Notes: generated by a model from the letters alone, not told the origin. DNA of 60,299 bases, filler included, from Basidioascus undulatus (GCA_000826855.1; 6 parts of 6 records of this genome joined end to end with filler, not necessarily neighbours in it); one strand, 5' to 3'. Counted from the first letter of the whole stretch, positions 10,099 to 24,270 are shown. Numbers and translations: made by a program.

Positions 10099-12491
10099 AG
10101 AGGGCGATAGTATCCTCGGAGGCGGAGGGCGCCGCTCGCCCACAGCTGAGCGGCGCCTTCCAAAGGACGGGAAGGCGGCAGCGGAGGAGATCCACAGGTT
10201 GATTGGTGCGTCCCTGTCCCTTCCCTCTGGCCCTGCCCACAATCTCATGCTCACTGTGTCCACTGGTCGGCGCACAGGCTCCCTCTGTGCACACCACACT
10301 TCCGACGTCCCCCTCGCCTTCGAAATAGCGAACCGCGCGCGCGTGTGGGACGCAGCAGCGGTCGAAGCTGCGCGTACAATCCGGAAGGAGCTTAAGCGCG
10401 GGTCGGACGACACGCGCACCGCAGCGATCAAGCTGTGGGCGATCATGCTCCGCAATGCCGGGGCGGCGTTCATCGGTACCTTCTTCCCTCTCTTCCTTCC
10501 CTTACGTTTCCTTCAAGCTAATCATCTTCGTAACGCGAAGCCGCCTCCGCCGACCCCAAGTTCCTTTCCCAGCTGCACGAGGCCTACACCGCCTCCGCCT
10601 CCTCCCACACCATCCCCACCGCCCCTGCTGCGCAAGACCACCGCAGCTTCCCCACCCTCCTCCGCACAGTCTGGGGCGACCTCGCGTTCCACCACCGCGC
10701 CGAGCCGCCCGACTCGCCCCTCGCGCTCTTCACCACGCGATGGAACAAGGCGTTCCCCGATGCGCCCGGGGTGGGTCTCCCATCCCCCTCCCGTTTCTCT
10801 CCTCTCCTTCGCGTGGAGGCTGACTTCGCACGGGCGGGATGAATCAGGGCATCGAAGCTCACCCCAACGACCCCCTCTTCGACCCCCTCCCCGCCGCCAC
10901 CGCTGCCGCCCAGCCCCACCGCGGGCGCCCGCGCAGGCAGCAGCCCATCTCGCAGGACGAGGACCGCCGCCGGCTCCTCGTCGACGCCGAGCACGCGCGG
11001 CAGAGCGCTGGGCTGCTCGGGGAGGCGCTCATGTTCGCTAGGCCGGAGGAGCTGAAAACCAACCCGGTCATCAAGGTGCGTCCTGCCTCCATTCGCCAGG
11101 CCGACTAAATCTAACTTAGAAGGTCGGATCGGGTGCACAGGAGTTCTACGCGAAATGTCTCCGCTCGCAAGAGCTCCTCCAGTCGCAGGTGGACTGGGCG
11201 ACCGCGCAAGCCGCGCGCTCGCGCGACGCGGCGAACGCGAACGCCGCGCTGCTCGAGAACCCTGCCGAGGCGGCCGCGGAGACGCCCGAGGAGGGTCTGC
11301 TCGCGAGCATCCTTGCTGCGCTGGAGACGATTGCAGACCAGTTCAAGGTGTATGAGGACTTGGAGCGAGGTGCGTTGTGTGTACAAAGGGAAGAGGGAGT
11401 GGCATGGAGAGGCTGATGTCTGAGCGGATGGGGTGGATTCAGTTGGAAGGGCCGATGAAGAGCTCAGGGAGGCGGAGGAGAAAAGCAAGGTGGAGACGAG
11501 GTTGGATCGGAGCGTGCGTTTCTGCGTCCTCTGTACAAGCCCTTTCTTGTCCTGGCACTGACACGGCTGGGTATGCAGCAACCGGTCATTTTCTCTCCCG
11601 ACGGGTCCTTCCAAACCGAATCCGCCTTCTTGCGAACCACGACCGGCGCGTGCCGCCCCTCGGGCTCGCGCTCGCGCACGCCGTCCCCCTCCCCAACGCC
11701 CAACTCGCGCCGCCCTCTCCCAGTCCCGCCCACCGCTCTCGCGTACCCACCCTCGTTAGCCCTCCCCGAGCCGCAGCAGCACCCGCGCAGCCCGTCCCCG
11801 CGCACGCTCGCGCGCGAGCTCGAGTGGGCGCCCGCGCTGCCAAGCAACATGGCGGACTATGTGCCCGAGGCGCTGCGGACTGTCGGGCGGGAGCGGCGCG
11901 CGGCGAATGGGAGAAGGAGGGGGGAGGAGGAGGAGAACGACGAGGAGGTGTATACGACGCCGGTTGTGCCGAGCGAGAAGGCGCTTGGAAAGAGGAGGGC
12001 GGTCGTTGGGCAAAGGGAGGACGAGGAGTACGATGTGGGCGGGTATCGGGTCGGTGCGTTGATCCTTTGCTTTCGTATTCGGCAATTGTCAGACGGTTAA
12101 CTGACACGATGTTCCGCCAGCCGACCCCATCATCCCGCACGCCCCTCCCCTCCCTGCGCCCACGCCCACAGCAAGCTACACTCCCGTACCCTCGCACCCG
12201 CATCTGCAGCAGCAGCACCAGCCGCCGCTCCCCCCTCCGCGCTACCCCTCGCCGTTCTTCGCGCCCGCCGCCGCGGCCGGAGCGGAGTCCTACGACCCGA
12301 GCAGTGGCGAGTCGACGCCGACGCTGGCCGCGCGGCATATCGAGTACTCGAATGGGCCCGTCCCCGTGCTCAGCCCCGGGCAGGGAAACCCCGGCGAGGG
12401 GAGGTACCCCGACTTGCCGGCGCTCGGCGCACTGTCGCTTGGGCCGACGACGGCGCCGGACGCGCTGCCTTTGCAGAGGGAGAGGCGGTGA
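10099..12491 (+). CDS. VHS/GAT-like (Lsb5/TOM1-like) trafficking adaptor; 5' truncated
   Basis: VHS-like EAARTIRKELKRGSDDTRTAAIKLWAIMLRNAG and GAT-like ARQSAGLLGEALMFARPEEL...EFYAKCLRSQELLQSQVDWA...EEGLLASILAALETI, followed by a Pro-rich tail ending TGA at 12489-12491. Confidence 0.6.
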
Positions 12492-13024
12492 GGCGGAGAT
12501 GAGTCGAGGAGAGAGCGGGCGAGTCCGCGCAATCCACCCAACCCATTATGCCCCTTTTTCGCTTTTCCGTCTCTTCACGTCTTATCCATGCTTTCTGCTT
12601 CTGCATTACCTACTAGCATCATGAACTCTAGCACATCGTTCTACCTACTTTCACATACCATGTTCAGTCAGCTGCTGTCTTGTCTCCACCCCCCGTTATG
12701 GTTTCTGTACTGCACGCTCATATCCTGCATTTTCTATCACATGTGCATGACCAATGTAGTCTGGCTTATGTTGCACTTCCTGAGGCCGCGTTTTGCTGCG
12801 TGCTTCGTCGACGCTGTACAAGCTGCAAGAGGAAGACGCTCTTGCTTCAATTTCGGTCTGATGGCACGATAAGAAGAGACCAGTCGCCCGACTTCGCCCG
12901 ACTGCCGAGATCTGTCGTGCCGCTCGTCGCCGGGATTCAGTAGCTTGTCTGCACTGACGCCCAGATCCGGGCGAGTTCATACAGCTCCATGCTCAGTCGC
13001 AACGTCAATCGCCAACGAGCACCG

Positions 13025-16000
13025 TCATGCCCCAACGCCCTCCGTCTTGATAACCAGCCCTTCCTGCTCAAAGTCTCGTATGAGCGCGCTCCACAGCTCA
13101 CCGGTCTCCCCATCCTCGCCTCCACCGCCGGTGGTGCGCAGCGTCGCGCTATTGCCCAGGACGATGAGCGCGCGCTTTGCGCGGGTGAGGGAGACGTTCT
13201 GGAACGACACGGACACCAATCAATCACTCTGAGCGTGCACCGTACGGAAGCCAAGAAAGAGAAAAAGCGCAGGAGAAATAGACGCACGGCTCGCCGCGGG
13301 TCTTCCAGGAAGCCGATGCGCGCTTGGGGGTTCGAACGGGTCGTCGCGAAGATGATCACTGGCTTCTCGCGGCCTTCGTAGCCGTCGACCGTCTGCAACG
13401 TAACGATCAGTCACGTCAAGGGGAAGAAGAAATCAGACGGGCTCAAGCCGCACCTTGATTTCAATCTCCAGGGCTTCCTTGGCCCTCTCCGACCCAAGCT
13501 CCTCAATGAACCGCGCGCGGACCGTAAGGTCACGCCGCACCAGTCTCTGAAGCACCACAATCTGCGCCGCGTACGGGGCGATGATGCCGATGTCCGAGCC
13601 CTTGAGGCTGGGGTTGCGGACCAGCAAGTCACGCACGACGTCGCAGACGAGGCGCGCCTCGCCCTCGTTGGACGTGCTCTGCTCGGTGCGCGTTTCAGGG
13701 CAGCGGTGATCGACGAAGGAGCGGGAGGCGTTGGGAGGGAGGAAAGAGGAGGTCGGAGGGAGGAGGTGCGGGTACGGGAGAGAGGTGTGCGGGTCGACGG
13801 TCCCGTTGACGAGGCGGGACGAGTAGAACTGCGCGGAGGGGAAGGCCGCGATGGAGGGGTGCATGCGGTACTGAGTGCTGTTGGGTGAGAAGGAAGTGAG
13901 TCTCGTATACAATTCGCGCACTATGCGTGTTCGACGCGAAAGCACACGCAACACACTCGAGCATGATGGACGGAGTCGCTGATGAACGTCCTTACTGTGA
14001 GTCTTCGAACAGCTTGCTTTGTGGATGTGGACAATACACGTACCTCCCTCATCAATGAGTCGCTCGAACAAAGAATTGTCTAGACCTCCCGCCTTCGCCT
14101 GCTCGCTCATGATGATCGGTGGAAGCTGCTTGTGGTCGCCGACAAGTACGGCATGTTGCGCCTGCGTTCGCACAATTCCTCATATCAGCTCAGCCGCAAA
14201 GGGGATACGGAGATGTCACGTACTCCCTTCATCAGCGGAATCAAGGCTGCCGGCTCAGGACACTGAGTCGCTTCGTCGATGAGGACGAGCGGGAAATCAA
14301 CGGCCTGCGATGGAGACGCTCAGCTCGGCGTTCAAGACGATGCGTCAGAGAACAAGACGGGCTGGATACCTCAAGGTTCTTGGCAGCAGCGCCGATGCAC
14401 GTTGCGCAAATCTGAGGACCGAGTACAAGTCATCAGCATGCGAGGAGACGGTATGAAGGGACCGAAACGCACAACGTCCGCGTCGCGCATGATCTCTCCA
14501 AGCATTTCCTTCTCTTTATCGAACATCTCCTTCCACTTCAGCTTGATATCCCTATGCATAAGGCCTATCCTCTCCATCTATTAGCGATTTTCGTACCCCA
14601 ACAGTGCAGGCGCAGACGCACCGATCTCAGCTCCCCTCAGCTGGCCGCTTCGGAGTCTCGCGCGCATCGCGAACCCCTCCTGCCGAAGCCTCTCCACATC
14701 CGCGCGCATACGATGACGCTCGATGTGCGCGTCGATCGTCGCGTGAGCGAGGGAGGACTCGACGCGCTGCGGCGCCCCGGCGCGGAGGGCCTTGATACCC
14801 GCGGAGAGCAGGAGCAAGAGCAGGTGGTCTACGGCCACGTTCGTGTAGGCGCAGACGAGGATCGGGTGCGGGGTACGGAGGTGTGCCTGCGGTTACAGAG
14901 TAAGCAGCATCGCAGCGAGGATTCGTAGTGCGAGGCGGACCTTGAGAAGCCTGACAGCGCCCACGATCGTCGCGGTCTTTCCAGTGCCGGGAGGCTGTCA
15001 GGGGACGGAATTAGTTCGGGACCTGAACAGAGAGTTTATGTAAAGAGCGTACCCCTTGAACCAAACTCAGTCGGTTCTGAACGACCATCGACACCGCTTT
15101 CAACTGCGTCGCGTTCAGTCTCAGCTGCGGATCGCCCGCAGCATTCACCTGCTCTCGCTCGCCGTATCGCCGCGCCCAGTCCATCGCTCGAGAGTCGCTG
15201 GCGAAGAGGCCTGAGGCGGGGCTGCTGGATAGCATAGCCGACGGACCCGCCGGCGGCGTACTCCCCACGGAGGCCAAGCAGGGAAGAGCGGAGTCGCCCC
15301 GAAACGAGCAAAGGAGATCAGGCCGCAGCGCCGTGCCGTGCAAGATGATATCCTTCTCGGCGTCGACCTCCGGACTTGCGAGCGCCGGGTCGAGGGACAT
15401 GGCTTGAATGGCGGCGAGCATGCGCTGAAAAACCGTACGTGATCAGTGAACTGCCCAAGGCTACCATCACCAGGACACGAACAGTGTAAGGGATGTCGTT
15501 GTGGCCGACGTCCAGTCTGTGTTACGAGTATTAGCACTGGCTAGCGGCCCTTTGAGCGTGCGACGCACCGCCAAAATCCTTCGCTGACGTTGAACTTCGA
15601 GCCGAAGACGACCTTGACCTCCGTCCGCGTCACGCCGAGCACGCTTCCCTCGAACGGATTCTTGAGCGGGTCGCCCCGCGAGACCAGCATGACGTCTCCG
15701 GGCCTGTAGGCACTCTCTCCGGCAACATCAGCATCCGGAGGTGCCTATGGGCTGGTATGATGCTCAGCGCACCTGAACTTAGTCCACGCAAGGTCCGCGC
15801 CGTTCGGAAACCTGAAGACCGCCACGGGCTTGCCGTACAGCATGAACGCCCAGGAGCCGTTCAGGCCGATTATACAGAAGCCCTCGCGCTTTAGCCGCTC
15901 GAGCGGCCATGCCGTGAGGCGCTGCTGGACCGTCGCTTTCTCCTCGGCGCGTTCGAGTTCCACGAGCGGGTTGAACCTGTAGATGCTATCTCAGCATACC

Positions 16001-16359
16001 ACGGACATAAAAGTTAAAAAGGAGTTACGCAACTGGTCTTTGTAGGCCAACGTCTCATTGTACCACTCTTGGCCCTCCTGCAACTCGGCTCCGTCTTCCC
16101 GCTTACTTCGCTTTCGGTCATGCCCACCTCCACGCCCTCGACCTCGACCTCGCCCGCGGCCACGCCCGCCCCAGCCGCCGCCGCCAGGACTGCCGACCGA
16201 CCCGGCGGATGAGGTGCCTGAATCGTCGGAATGCTCTCGCTTCTGACGAGAAGGGCCGAATGCTTTCGAACGCCAATCGAAAGGTTTCCGCGGCTGAGAA
16301 GGCCCGGAGGGGTACGACCCTCCTTGGCGCTGGGATGACTGGCCGGTCGGCGGATCCAT
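13025..16359 (-). CDS. Superfamily-1 (Upf1/DNA2/IGHMBP2-like) helicase, multi-exon
   Basis: LNATQLKAV, Walker A QGPPGTGKT, CAYTNVAVD, LVGDHKQLPP, QYRMHPSI, TVDGYEGREK and NVSLTRAKRALIVLGN. No Upf1 CH domain. The N-terminus carries an RG repeat. Confidence 0.92.
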
Positions 16360-17399
16360 GAAGCTGTAGGCTTTCCGAGTCAATAAAAAAGCGCGACGAA
16401 TTGCATCGCGGCATATGCGCACATAGAAAAGGCTGAAGGGGTAGCGGTTGTCGTCGCGGGCTTCGGCTCGAAAGGGAGGAAACAAGCGCCCTGCGACACG
16501 ATCGAAAAAAAAAACATCAATGGCTTCAGCGGGCACTTCACATTGAGATACATCCGTAGACACGATACAAACACTTGAAATGCACTGATGGGCACAAAGT
16601 GGTAAGCGGAAAGGGAGGAAGGAGTGTAAACACGCGTCCTGGAACCCTAACCCAGGTGTCGGAAACCTCACACCCTTGAAAGCAATGTACACTCGCACGA
16701 CGGCCATACAGTTAATTTTGTTGATGCGAAAGAAGCTTTGAGAGGATGTGTACGAGCAAGCTCAACTCTCCATGGCGGCCGATTACAAGCCCCTTGCTGC
16801 AGCGCGCGAACAGCACTGCGCTACCGTGGAAGATGCGCTACACGACAAATCAAGCCCATAGTTGAGCTGGCCGGCAAAAAGCCACCTTTGGTGGGGTTTT
16901 GAAAGTGGCAAAGTGATTGGGATTTCGTGACAGTCTTAGCTTGACCCTAGCGAGCAGCATGCGAAGCCAACACTTTTATTTCGTGCCTGGGGGCTCTGAG
17001 GTAGCAGACAACTCGCGATGCGAGAAATCTTGGTACGTGATATACCACAAACATTGTTTTAAGAAAGAAGAAGGAAGCAGAACCCGCAGTTGTCCGCATG
17101 CCGATAGAGTCGTTGGCTCTGACATTGTGGATGTTCGACCTGACCTGGCGCCTCGCTGCCGACACGCAGCCGTCAGCCTGACCATTCCTTCTATCATTTT
17201 CGCCCGATCTGAACGAAGAGTTCGAGATTTCCATATCATCTTGAAGTGCTCAAACATGAGTAACAGGTATTTGCCATCACGTGTAAGTGGGGGTGCGTGA
17301 ACAGTTCCTATTCCGCGAGTGCCAACCTGCATTCGACGCAACGGAAGAAGCAGCAAAGCAGCACGTGGCAAATACAAAACCAGCTCAAACCCAGAAGTC

Positions 17400-19500
17400 T
17401 CCTAAAACTATTTCCCAGCCGCCTCGACCACCCTTGTATCGCTCGACCGTCGTGAGGCTGACGAAGCGCCAGGTCGCCTCCTTCCAGTTGCCCGAGTGCG
17501 CTCAGGTGGCGCCACTCGCTCTCGCTCCTTGTCGGGTGCTGTAAGGTTTTGAAACACGCCGTTTAAGTATTTTGAGCCAAGGCAAGACCACAAGGGGAAG
17601 AACCACGTCTCGCGCAAGCGCCAGCAGCGCCGTGCTCCTGTCCGCCGTGCGTGGCGAGGTACATCGCGAGGAGATCGAGGTCGGCGGTGCTAAGAGGGTT
17701 AAGAGAACATTCGGTCCTGAGAATATAAATTAGTAAGCACTTTCTTTGAAACCACAGCATATGTGGGGCATGTACGGCTTGGAGGGTAGAAACCACCACG
17801 ATCGATTGCACTTCGTGGTGTCGAGGGCTTTCACGCAATGGCTAGGAAGTGCGCGACGGAGGTTCTTAGAGATACAAGAGGATTGAATCCAGAGGACCAC
17901 CTCGACTCTATAAAGGAATGCTAAGCACCGTTTTACACCTGCACCGCTCCCCTTGTCCGCAAACGTTGTGCTTCCACCGTGCCAGTCGACGAGCTGCCCG
18001 CGCTCCACGCACTCGCGTACCCACTGGTACGATCGAATGAGTTTGAGCCTTTGGAACGCTTTGGAATGCGTGAAGAAGGGCAAAGTTCAGTCCCTCGCCC
18101 TGCGGGTTGACGACGACGAGCGTGGCAGTTGCAAGGTTGTTGATGTCGGCCAGCAGGGCACCGTGGGCCCGCGGCAGGTCAGGGTCATTAGTTATTAGCT
18201 GAATTTTGGCCAAGATATTGGAACAAAGCGATATAAAAAGACACCCACGGTCAGAGCGTCAAGCGTGACCTAGCGCGAAGGGACCTCGAAGGAAACGTGC
18301 ACGCGCAGGGGCTCGCCGGTCTCAGATAGAAACATGGGTCAAGGCTCGAGACGGGAAGCGGGTTCGCTCTGTAGACTCTTGGACTGGGTGTTGGTGTCGT
18401 GTGAGGGGATGTCCACGAGCGCGTTGGGAGAAGGCGAAGGCGCGACAGGCGGCGGAGGCGGAATCGCGGCGCCCGCACCAGAAGCGGCGGTGCCTTTGTG
18501 AAAGGAAAAGGTCGGACGGTTTGGCGTTCCACGACGAGCGAAGGGCTTCAAGCTCCTCCGAGGCCGCTTGGTCGGACCGCAAACTGCGAGAGGGTGGGGA
18601 GAAGAGATAAGCTGACAATTGCTGTTGGTTGGCTGCGCGGTCGGCTGCGGGAGCGCCGCCTCGAAGGGGTAACCGATGTGGGAGAAGTAGCGGTGGTTAG
18701 AGAAACAGTGTCGAGAAGGAGCGCGAGACGGTCGAGGCAGCAGCGGGCGCGTTGGGGGACCCGGTGCAGAAGGGCAGCGTCGCACCCCTTTCGGCGGACG
18801 ACAGGCTCCGAGATCCCCGACCATCCTGAAGAAGCTCGAGAAAGTCGAGCCGCCCTGAACAGAGTCTTCCCTGTGAGGGGAAAATGAAGGCCTGAGTCTC
18901 GAAAGGGGTTGCCGACAGCAAAGTGAGCGCCGGCGATGAGGGCGGGGACGACAGCGGGCTGCTTCTACCGGCGATGTCGAAGTGGTGCTCGTCGCCGTGA
19001 ATCCCCATCGACACGTACGGGACATTTCGAGAAGAAGAGGGGGAAAGGGGAACTCGATCGAGCCCCCGCTTGCGCGGCGTAAGCTGGGGAGTGGCGGCGA
19101 GGGCTCGGTCGAAAGTGTGGCCCGCTGGAAGGGCGGAAAGCACCGCTTGCCGGTTCCTGTGAACCCGGTATGCTCATGAACTGTCTTATCCCAAGCTCAG
19201 AGAAATTTGGCCCTGACGTACAGGTACCCATCCCACTCTCCCACCGCCTCCTCGAGCCAAGCGACCGTGACGGTGCGCAGCTCCCCTTCCCTGAGACCCC
19301 CACCAGCCGCGCCGATGACTATGTCCGCCGCCCTCGGGTTCGCGGTGGCGACGCCGCCCCGGGATTTGACATTAAGTAGGACACTGGAGCGTTTCGGAAG
19401 GCCGAGGGGGATGTAGAAGGTGGTTCCGGGGAAGGTGAGGCGGGGGGTGTCGGGTGGGAGAATGTCGGTCCGCGCGGAGGGGAAGAGAGGAAGTGGAGGG
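17400..19500 (-). CDS. Tandem-BRCT + Myb-like protein (Rap1/TRF2IP-like architecture), possibly frameshifted
   Basis: BRCT1 reads FPGTTFYIP...VKSRGGVATANPRAADIVIG...VTVAWLEEAV. BRCT2 reads HGALLAD...LVVVNP...YQWVRECVERGQLVD. The Myb-like part reads LSTADLDLLAMYLA...LLALARD|HPTRSESEWRH. Both gene ends are uncertain. Confidence 0.5.
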
Positions 19501-20075
19501 CTGAAAAGACTGGGCCGGGAAGTAGGGATTCAGTGGCGGGGATAAATTAGGGTATACGGGTGGGGAGGAGTGGAGCACAGGGAGAGGGGGATGAAGGGAG
19601 ACAGGTTGCGAAGCGGATGTTGAACTAGACTGGCACAGTCAGGCACCGCGTACTACCGTGAGAGAACCTTGTTTTCTGAACCGGATCTCAACTCACACCA
19701 AAGCATTGGAATTATTGAGATTTATAGGAAAGGTATAAAGTGGTGGGAGTGGAGTTGTGAAGTTCATAACTGCACGGTGGCAGTGCTGACGCCAACAGTG
19801 AGCAGACACTCTTCGGTTCCCGCGCCGTACGCCAGTGTTACATTCTACGAACTGAAGAGCGTTGTGAGGAGTAGGATCTAGACTATGAAGGTATTAACAG
19901 ATTTTCGGATCTCTGATTCGAAGGTCACCCAAGTGGCATGAGCCTGCAGGTCGGGATGTCGGTTGTGTGTACTGTGCGAGTACAGTCTTCTCAAGCAGGC
20001 GCTTAATACAGTCCTTGTGCAAAATAATGTTACAACCTGTCAAAGTCTACATCAACCCTCCATGTTCTCCCCGCC

Positions 20076-20175
20076 NNNNNNNNNNNNNNNNNNNNNNNNN
20101 NNNNNNNNNNNNNNNNNNNTTAATTAATTAANNNNNNNNNNNNNNNNNNNNNNNNNNNNNNNNNNNNNNNNNNNN
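20076..20175. other. Artificial contig spacer
   Basis: N44-TTAATTAATTAA-N44. Confidence 0.99.
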
Positions 20176-23100
20176 ACAACATTCCACCTCGCCTCCCCCA
20201 CCCTCCCCTCCTACATCCGCCTGGCCCTCGCCCAGCGGCTCATGCGCGCCTTCCGCTCCCCCGATGAAGGCCTGGGCGGGGCACTCGAGGCAGGGCAGGG
20301 CGGGGCGGTGTTTGGCATGGTCGAGTGGCTGGAGGAGCATTGGCAGGAGGCGGTGGAGAACCCGCCCGATGTGGGGAAGGTCACGAGAGACTTGCTGGGC
20401 GCGCCGGCGCGCTCGTCAGAGAAGAAGGACGACGGAGCGCGGGTGTTGCCGCCGACGGGCCCAAGCGGCAGGCGCCCGAGGGGGGCGCAGAGGAGGAGTA
20501 TTATGGATCGCGACCACGCGCGCGTGCGTGAGGAGTTTGAGCGCATGCGGGGGAGGCCGGAGTTTGGGCCGATCTTGAAAGGTAAGGAGGGAGCGTTAAC
20601 GCATGAGGAGGTGCAATGGCTGAGGTGGGTTTTCCAGGACGCGAACGTTTGCCGGCGTGGAAGATGCGGGAAGAGATCGTGCAGACCGTGGGTGCGAACC
20701 GTGTCGTAGTCATCGTCGGCGAGACTGGTGCGCTTCACCACCATCTTCCCCACCTATCCCCTCCACTAACCCACCTCCCTCAGGGTGCGGCAAAACGACT
20801 CAGCGTCCGTCCCCTCTCCGTCCCCCTCACTCCACCCCCTCACTCACCCTCACTCCCCCCGCAGTCCCGCAATTCATCCTCGACCACGAGATCGCCCAAA
20901 ACCGGGGGGCGTCCACCTCAATCGTCATCACCCAGCCCCGCCGAGTCGCAGCGCTCGGCGTCGCCTCCCGCGTCGCGCAGGAGCGGCTCGAGAACCTCGA
21001 TGGCCGACCGCGCGAGCGCGAGCGCGAGGTCGGGACAGTTGGGTACGCGATCCGCGGGGAGCGGAGGGCGGGGCGGGATACCAGGTTGCTGTTTTGCACT
21101 ACTGGTATGTCTTGCATGGGAAGTGAGGGGTAAGCGGAGGGCAGGTAAGCTGATGTAGGTGAAGGACAGGTGTCGTGCTGCGGAGGCTGGGAGGCGGCGG
21201 GGACGCGGATTTGGAGGGGCTGTCGCATATTATTATCGACGAGGTGCGTGAGCTTTTGTGTAAGGGAGGAACGGGGATAAGCGGTCTGCTGATGCGCAGT
21301 GTAGGCCCATGAGCGGTCGGTCGACAGCGACTTCTTGCTTACGGAGCTGCGCGAGCTCCTCAAGCGCAACAAGACGCTGCGGGTCATCATCATGAGTGCG
21401 ACGATCAACGAAGAGGTGCGGTGGGCTTGATCCTCTGCACTGCCTGCGCACGCACTGACTCGCCCACCCAAAGCTCTTCACCAACTACTTCCCGGGCGCC
21501 CCTCTCTTGCGTATTCCCGGCCGTACGTGCCCCCTCTACAACCCGCAGCGCTACATGCTGACGCTTGGCCCACTTAGTGACCTACCCCGTCACAGACCTC
21601 TACCTAGAAGACTACATCAGCAAGCTCGACTACCGTCCCTCCGGGGTGCCTCCCCCCCGGGGCGGCACCGCGTCCAAACAGAAGCAGAGCGAGGAGCAGT
21701 TGCAGAAGCTGCGCGACGGGTTTGCGGCGCTCGGGCTCGACCCCAACGCTGTGCGCGCGCTCGAGACGCTCTCGCGGTCGGACAGGATCGATTATCAGGT
21801 TCGTTGCGCTTCTCAGTTGCGCTTCTCAGTTGCGTGGAAATGAAAGTATGTGGACTGATGTTCCATGGTGGACAGCTCATCGCTGCTACGGCGACGCATA
21901 TCGCCCGGACGAGCGAGGACAAGGCTGGGGCGATCCTGATCTTCTTGCCTGGCGTAGCCGAGTACGTTGTCTGCCGGGCACTGACACAGTAGCCAGAGCT
22001 GATTCCCTAATTTCGCTTAACGTAGAATCAAGCAGTGCATCGACGTCCTGCGCGCCGCACCGCTCGGCCTGTCCGAGATCATCCCCCTGCACGCGAACCT
22101 GTCGAGCGACGAGCAGCGCCGCGTCTTCCAGAACTTCCCGGGCCGCCGCAAGATCGTGGTAGCTACCAACGTCGCTGAGACGTCAATCACTGTAAGCTTC
22201 GACCTGCCGTTCTGTTCAGCGCACGAGACTGACGCTCCTGCGGCTGTAGATCGACGACGTGGTGTATGTGATCGAGAGCGGTAAAGTCAAGGAGACGCAG
22301 GTACGTCTAACGTTCATGCGTAGGAGCCTCTTGTCAATTCGCTAATCCGCTATCGCTCAGTACTCCCCCGAAAACGGACTCACCCGCCTCGTCGAGACCT
22401 GGACGTCCAGAGCGTCCGCGCGGCAACGGCGCGGTCGTGCAGGTCGTGTCAAGGAGGGCCAGTGCTTCCGCCTGTACACTCGCAGTGCGTCCCCAGCTCC
22501 TTGTCGATTAAAGGACTTTCGAAGTTCACACGGTGGTGGGTAGAAACGGAATCCGACAAGATGCCGCAGCACACAACGCCCGAGATGCTCCGCGTCTCGC
22601 TCGAGAGCTTGTTCCTCAACGTCAAGGCTATGCGGGAGGAAGAGAACGTGAAAGTGCGGAAGCAGAGTTTCCTGCTCGTTTGCTGCAGCCGCTGAGTTGC
22701 TACCGCCCTGCAGCGCTTCCTCGGCAAAGCGCTTACGCCGCCGCGAGTGGACGCGATGGACAAGGCGTGGGAGGTAAGCTGCAGTTCCAACTGAGAGCCG
22801 GTCCTTTGGTTGATCATGTCCTTTTTTTTCAGGTGCTGCAAGATCTCGGCGCGCTCGAGAGCGAGGAGCAGACGTCGAAGCTCAGCGCGCTGGGCAAGCA
22901 CATGTCCTTGCTTCCCGTGGACGTTCGGCTTGCCAAGGTACGAGCTCCTACCTGCTGCTTTCGGCTTCCATCAATTTTCTGAATTAACGCGTGGACTCGC
23001 AAAGATGCTTGTCCTATCCGCCATCTTCGGGTGTCTCGACCCCATCGTCACGATCGCGGCATGTCTGTCCTCAAAGCCGTTGTTCAACTCGCCTGTCGAG

Positions 23101-24270
23101 AAGCGGGCGGAGGCACAAAAGTATGCGCGGAGAGTCCTGAATGAACTATGCGGCTCTTTCGTGGCTGAACTGCTTTGATCTTTACAGAGCACGCGAGCGC
23201 TTCGCAACCGGCAACAGCGATCTGCTCACCGACGCCAACGCGTACCTCGAGTGCGCCCGCCTGCGCGGCTCGGCCTTGCGATCGTTCTGTGAAGAGGTGC
23301 GCCGAACTATTCCCTGGCGTTTGGGCAATTATCTCATTGTCCTATGTCGCAGAACTTCATCTCGTTCTCCACGCTGCGGGACATCCACTCTCTGCGCTCC
23401 GACTTCGCCGCGGCCCTGTCCGACATCGGCTTCCTACCGCTACGCGCGGGCCCGTCTCTGCCTGAGCTCAACGCCAACTCAGGCAACGAGAACCTGCTGA
23501 AGGCTATCATCCTCGCCGGGCTGTACCCCCAGGTCGCGTGAGTAATACTTTGCTTGAGCTACGTTTGAGGCGAATGCTAACCGCGTCTTCTCACGGCACA
23601 CAGGCGCGTGCAGCTGCCGTCGGCGAAGTATCAGGCGGTCCAAGCGGGCACGGTGCAGATGGAGTCGCAGGCGAAGGAGGTGTGTTTCTCCCTCATTGTC
23701 TGAGACGATGTGCGCAGTCTTACGCCTGTTTCGCCATCCTCAGGTCAAGATCTTCGACAAGACCGACGGCCGCGTCTTCCTCCACCCGGGCTCCGTGAAC
23801 TTCAGCGAGGCCCGCTTCCGCTCGCCGCTCCTCGCCTACTTCTCAAAGTTCGAGAGCAGCAAGATTTTCCTGCGGGATTCGACCGAGGTGCGTCCATCGA
23901 TTTTCGTCTCGCTGTAAGCTGCACAGCTCACGAGCTACGACCAGGTTCCCCTCTTCGGAGCGCTGCTGTTCGGAGGGCCGGTTCACATCAACCAGCTCCA
24001 GGGCGGGATGACTATCGGCAAGGACGGGTATATTAAGATGCGCGGCAACTCACGCATTGCGGTATTGGTTTCGCAGCTTAGGTGAGCGAGTCCGGAAAAC
24101 TGTCCTGGGGTGGACGGCTGACGAGAGGGTCGATGTATCGTAGGCGACTGCTGGATGCACATCTAGAGGCAGAGATAGAGCGACCGGCGCTGGCGGACGA
24201 CGTTCGTAAGAGCCCGGTCATCACGGCCATGCTGGCGCTGCTGGAGAGGGATGGCCTGTCGCTTTCATAG
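20176..24270 (+). CDS. DEAH-box RNA helicase, DHX57/DHX36/YLR419W-like; 5' truncated
   Basis: [49 protein letters not shown] and QRRGRAGR, then HA2/OB-fold regions ([18 protein letters not shown]). TAG at 24268-24270. Confidence 0.93.

Noticed and set aside
11377..12624. Long ORFs in the track such as 415 aa at 11377-12624, and many antisense ORFs
   Set aside because: They are by-products of high GC and shadow frames of spliced genes, with low complexity and no motifs.
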